Source: a virus
Lineage: Duplodnaviria; Heunggongvirae; Uroviricota; Caudoviricetes
Length of the DNA stretch: 37,028 nt
Strand: one strand, 5' to 3'
Virus record (IMG/VR): IMGVR_UViG_2690316076_000004
Below the pieces are notes generated by a model that saw only the letters and a list, made by a program, of their open reading frames with translations, was not told the DNA's origin and ran no database searches. Position numbers and translations under genes: made by a program. Below, one piece after another: positions 35,336 to 37,028 of the stretch. The first letter of the stretch is position 1; each line of letters starts with the position of its first letter.

Positions 35336-35492
35336 AGGATTAACACTCAATCTATACTTGTTATGTTTTTATGTTGTATAGATCACTGACTATGAAAACA
35401 CTGTACTGGAGTGTGTTTTATGGCTTTTAATCGGGAATCCTCAAAGAAGATCCCCTGTTAATAACCATAAGGAGAAAAGGCAGATTACACTA

Positions 35493-35777
35493 TTATTTAG
35501 TCTGTTTGAAAACAAACGTTAAAAATTCGATTAAGCAATATACCCAGAGTACGGTCATCATCAAATGCATAGCAATAGTTGGATGGAAGTTAAAAAGTGT
35601 CATACTAACTAGGCCAACAATATAAGAAATTCCTTCGACAATTAACGCAAGGCTAGCAAATGCAACAAACGCACCTAAGAATAATTCGCCTCGTTCTTTC
35701 GGTTCGGTTCCGAGTTTATAAGCAGAGATAGCAGCCAGAATAGTAATGATGACAGCATAGGTAATAAAAGTAGCCAT
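35493..35777 (-). CDS. small 3-TMD membrane protein (possible holin)
   Basis: 94 aa, three hydrophobic helices; AAGAGGA RBS; no firm family assignment. Confidence 0.5.
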   Translation of the reverse strand: MATFITYAVIITILAAISAYKLGTEPKERGELFLGAFVAFASLALIVEGISYIVGLVSMTLFNFHPTIAMHLMMTVLWVYCLIEFLTFVFKQTK

Positions 35778-35871
35778 AGTTTTATATCCTCTTAAAAGTT
35801 AAGCGGGGGATGTTCTCCCCCGTAGGCGTTGACCCGTTCAACACCCTTCATACATTTATTTATAACGCGTT

Positions 35872-36426
35872 TTAAGACACATCAAATTCATCGTCTTCAT
35901 CTGGTTCTTGTTCCGGTTCATCGATTAATGGTAATTCTTCTTCCTCGTCTTCTCCCAAATCCGCATTTTCGAACAAGTCCCCTACTTCATTTAAACGACG
36001 CTCGATGATCTCCCTTAGCTTATTCTTCAATGTTTTCTGGTCGGTGGCAGATTCTAAAATTTCTAAAGCATCGATTGTGGCGATCTGCAAAATAGTCTGT
36101 TTCACTTTCCCGCAATATTCCGCTAGTTCCTGTTCTACATAACCGACCGGAATCAGGAGGTTCATTGCTTCCTGGTTCTCTCGTTCGGCTGCATCTGCCA
36201 ATGCTCTCTCACGGCGTAATTTCTCTACGTCGATTTGTTCTTTGATGGAAGTGTTTTTTAACGGGTTAATGATGTTCTTTAGCACCCAATCGCAACCTTC
36301 TTTGGCTGGAACACGTCGTGTGTTGGTGTTAAATGGCAATCCCCTTTCTATCCATCGCTTACCGCCACCATTCAATGAATAGCCGTATAAACGGGAAATT
36401 TCTGTAAGGGTTAATTCTTCTTTCAT
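35872..36426 (-). CDS. terminase small subunit, lambda Nu1-like
   Basis: N-terminal LTLTEISRLYGYSLNGGGKRWIERGLPF and EKLRRERALADA resemble remembered Nu1 (QLADIFGASIRTIQNW...RGGGKG... ENEKLRRE); acidic C-terminus; GGAGGA RBS. Confidence 0.75.
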   Translation of the reverse strand: MKEELTLTEISRLYGYSLNGGGKRWIERGLPFNTNTRRVPAKEGCDWVLKNIINPLKNTSIKEQIDVEKLRRERALADAAERENQEAMNLLIPVGYVEQELAEYCGKVKQTILQIATIDALEILESATDQKTLKNKLREIIERRLNEVGDLFENADLGEDEEEELPLIDEPEQEPDEDDEFDVS

Positions 36427-36546
36427 TGGTTATCCTCCATTAAATTTGCGTAATTTTATTTATTGGTTTTACGCACAATCTAAGCGCCTAAATCGCATTC
36501 TAACGAAGGGAAAGATCCAGTAATGGTAAGGGCTAGGAAGTGGGTT

Positions 36547-36573
36547 AATAGTCGCGTAGCGACCGCGCTAGGA
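36547..36573. other. candidate cos-type cleavage region (GC-rich, partly symmetric)
   Basis: AATAGTCGCGTAGCGACCGCGCTAGGA is a GC-rich island with internal GTCGC..GCGAC symmetry, ~120 bp upstream of the Nu1-like gene start; GCGACC echoes the lambda cohesive end. Confidence 0.25.
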
Positions 36574-36722
36574 CTGCACTGATCACGTTTTAAAATCTCA
36601 CACGCGTATCAAATACCGGGGTGCCGAAAACTCCCTTTATTTCACCCGTGGAACAGTACCTTTTGATTTTGTCAAGTCTTTTTTATAAATAATCGAAAAT
36701 ATTTTTCACACGAGGGCAAATC

Positions 36723-37028
36723 ATGAAGACTAAAGATATTAAGATTGAATTTGAAACTGTTGATGACGTTCGGGAACATCGCATTGATTCTACTGGCTGC
36801 ATCTTCCAGCTTACTAACTCCCCTATTGGATTGATTATCTATGTAGCAGAAGATGACGTGTACGCTATATGGGATGGACAGGATGAGTTTAAAGGCGGGA
36901 ATAGCCATCTGATCAATACTCATGAGGGATTTGATCCGACTCCTGTCTGTATGCTTGCTTATCACGTAACACTGGATGAACTACCGGAAGCAAGCGCGCG
37001 TATCCGTAGAATGAAAGACATTAAGTGA
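36723..37028 (+). CDS. hypothetical protein
   Basis: 101-aa ORF with GAGGG RBS, preceded by TATAAATA-containing promoter-like region; stop at last bases of window. Confidence 0.55.
   Translation: MKTKDIKIEFETVDDVREHRIDSTGCIFQLTNSPIGLIIYVAEDDVYAIWDGQDEFKGGNSHLINTHEGFDPTPVCMLAYHVTLDELPEASARIRRMKDIK

Noticed and set aside
1-37028. Tyrosine integrase, cI/cro-type immunity genes, replication initiator/helicase, insertion sequences
   Set aside because: No ORF in the window shows the corresponding motifs by eye; their absence here may simply mean they lie outside the window.

Overview
The window reads as most of the morphogenesis region of a lambda-like siphovirus (about 40% GC, Enterobacteria-type signals), with structural genes on the minus strand. 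Order on the minus strand: Nu1-like terS (35872-36426), a ~6.3 kb accessory/regulatory module, gpA-like terL, W-like, gpB-like portal, a fused prohead protease-scaffold-capsid gene, FII-like, U-like, an inserted side-tail-fibre module (277-aa protein, 1137-aa fibre with C-terminal S74-type chaperone domain, three tandem ~100-aa paralogs), V-like tube protein, G/T chaperones, tape measure, M-like, L-like, a free-standing GIY-YIG homing endonuclease, K-like, and a J-like tip protein whose C-terminus resembles the lambda J receptor-binding region. Downstream are lysis-associated genes (M15 peptidase endolysin) and a second endonuclease-like gene (T5orf172-type). The plus strand carries a large serine recombinase, small secreted/membrane proteins and three paralogous small HTH proteins. 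Noncoding highlights are a phased iteron array (TTCAGGGGCAA, 8 exact copies), a three-unit repeat with IHF-consensus motifs, RBS-masking hairpins at both endonuclease genes, many intrinsic terminators and a candidate cos element. All protein calls rest on motif recognition from memory, not on database searches; ORF-track starts at 1648, 4862 and 33563 are non-ATG and were adjusted or flagged.
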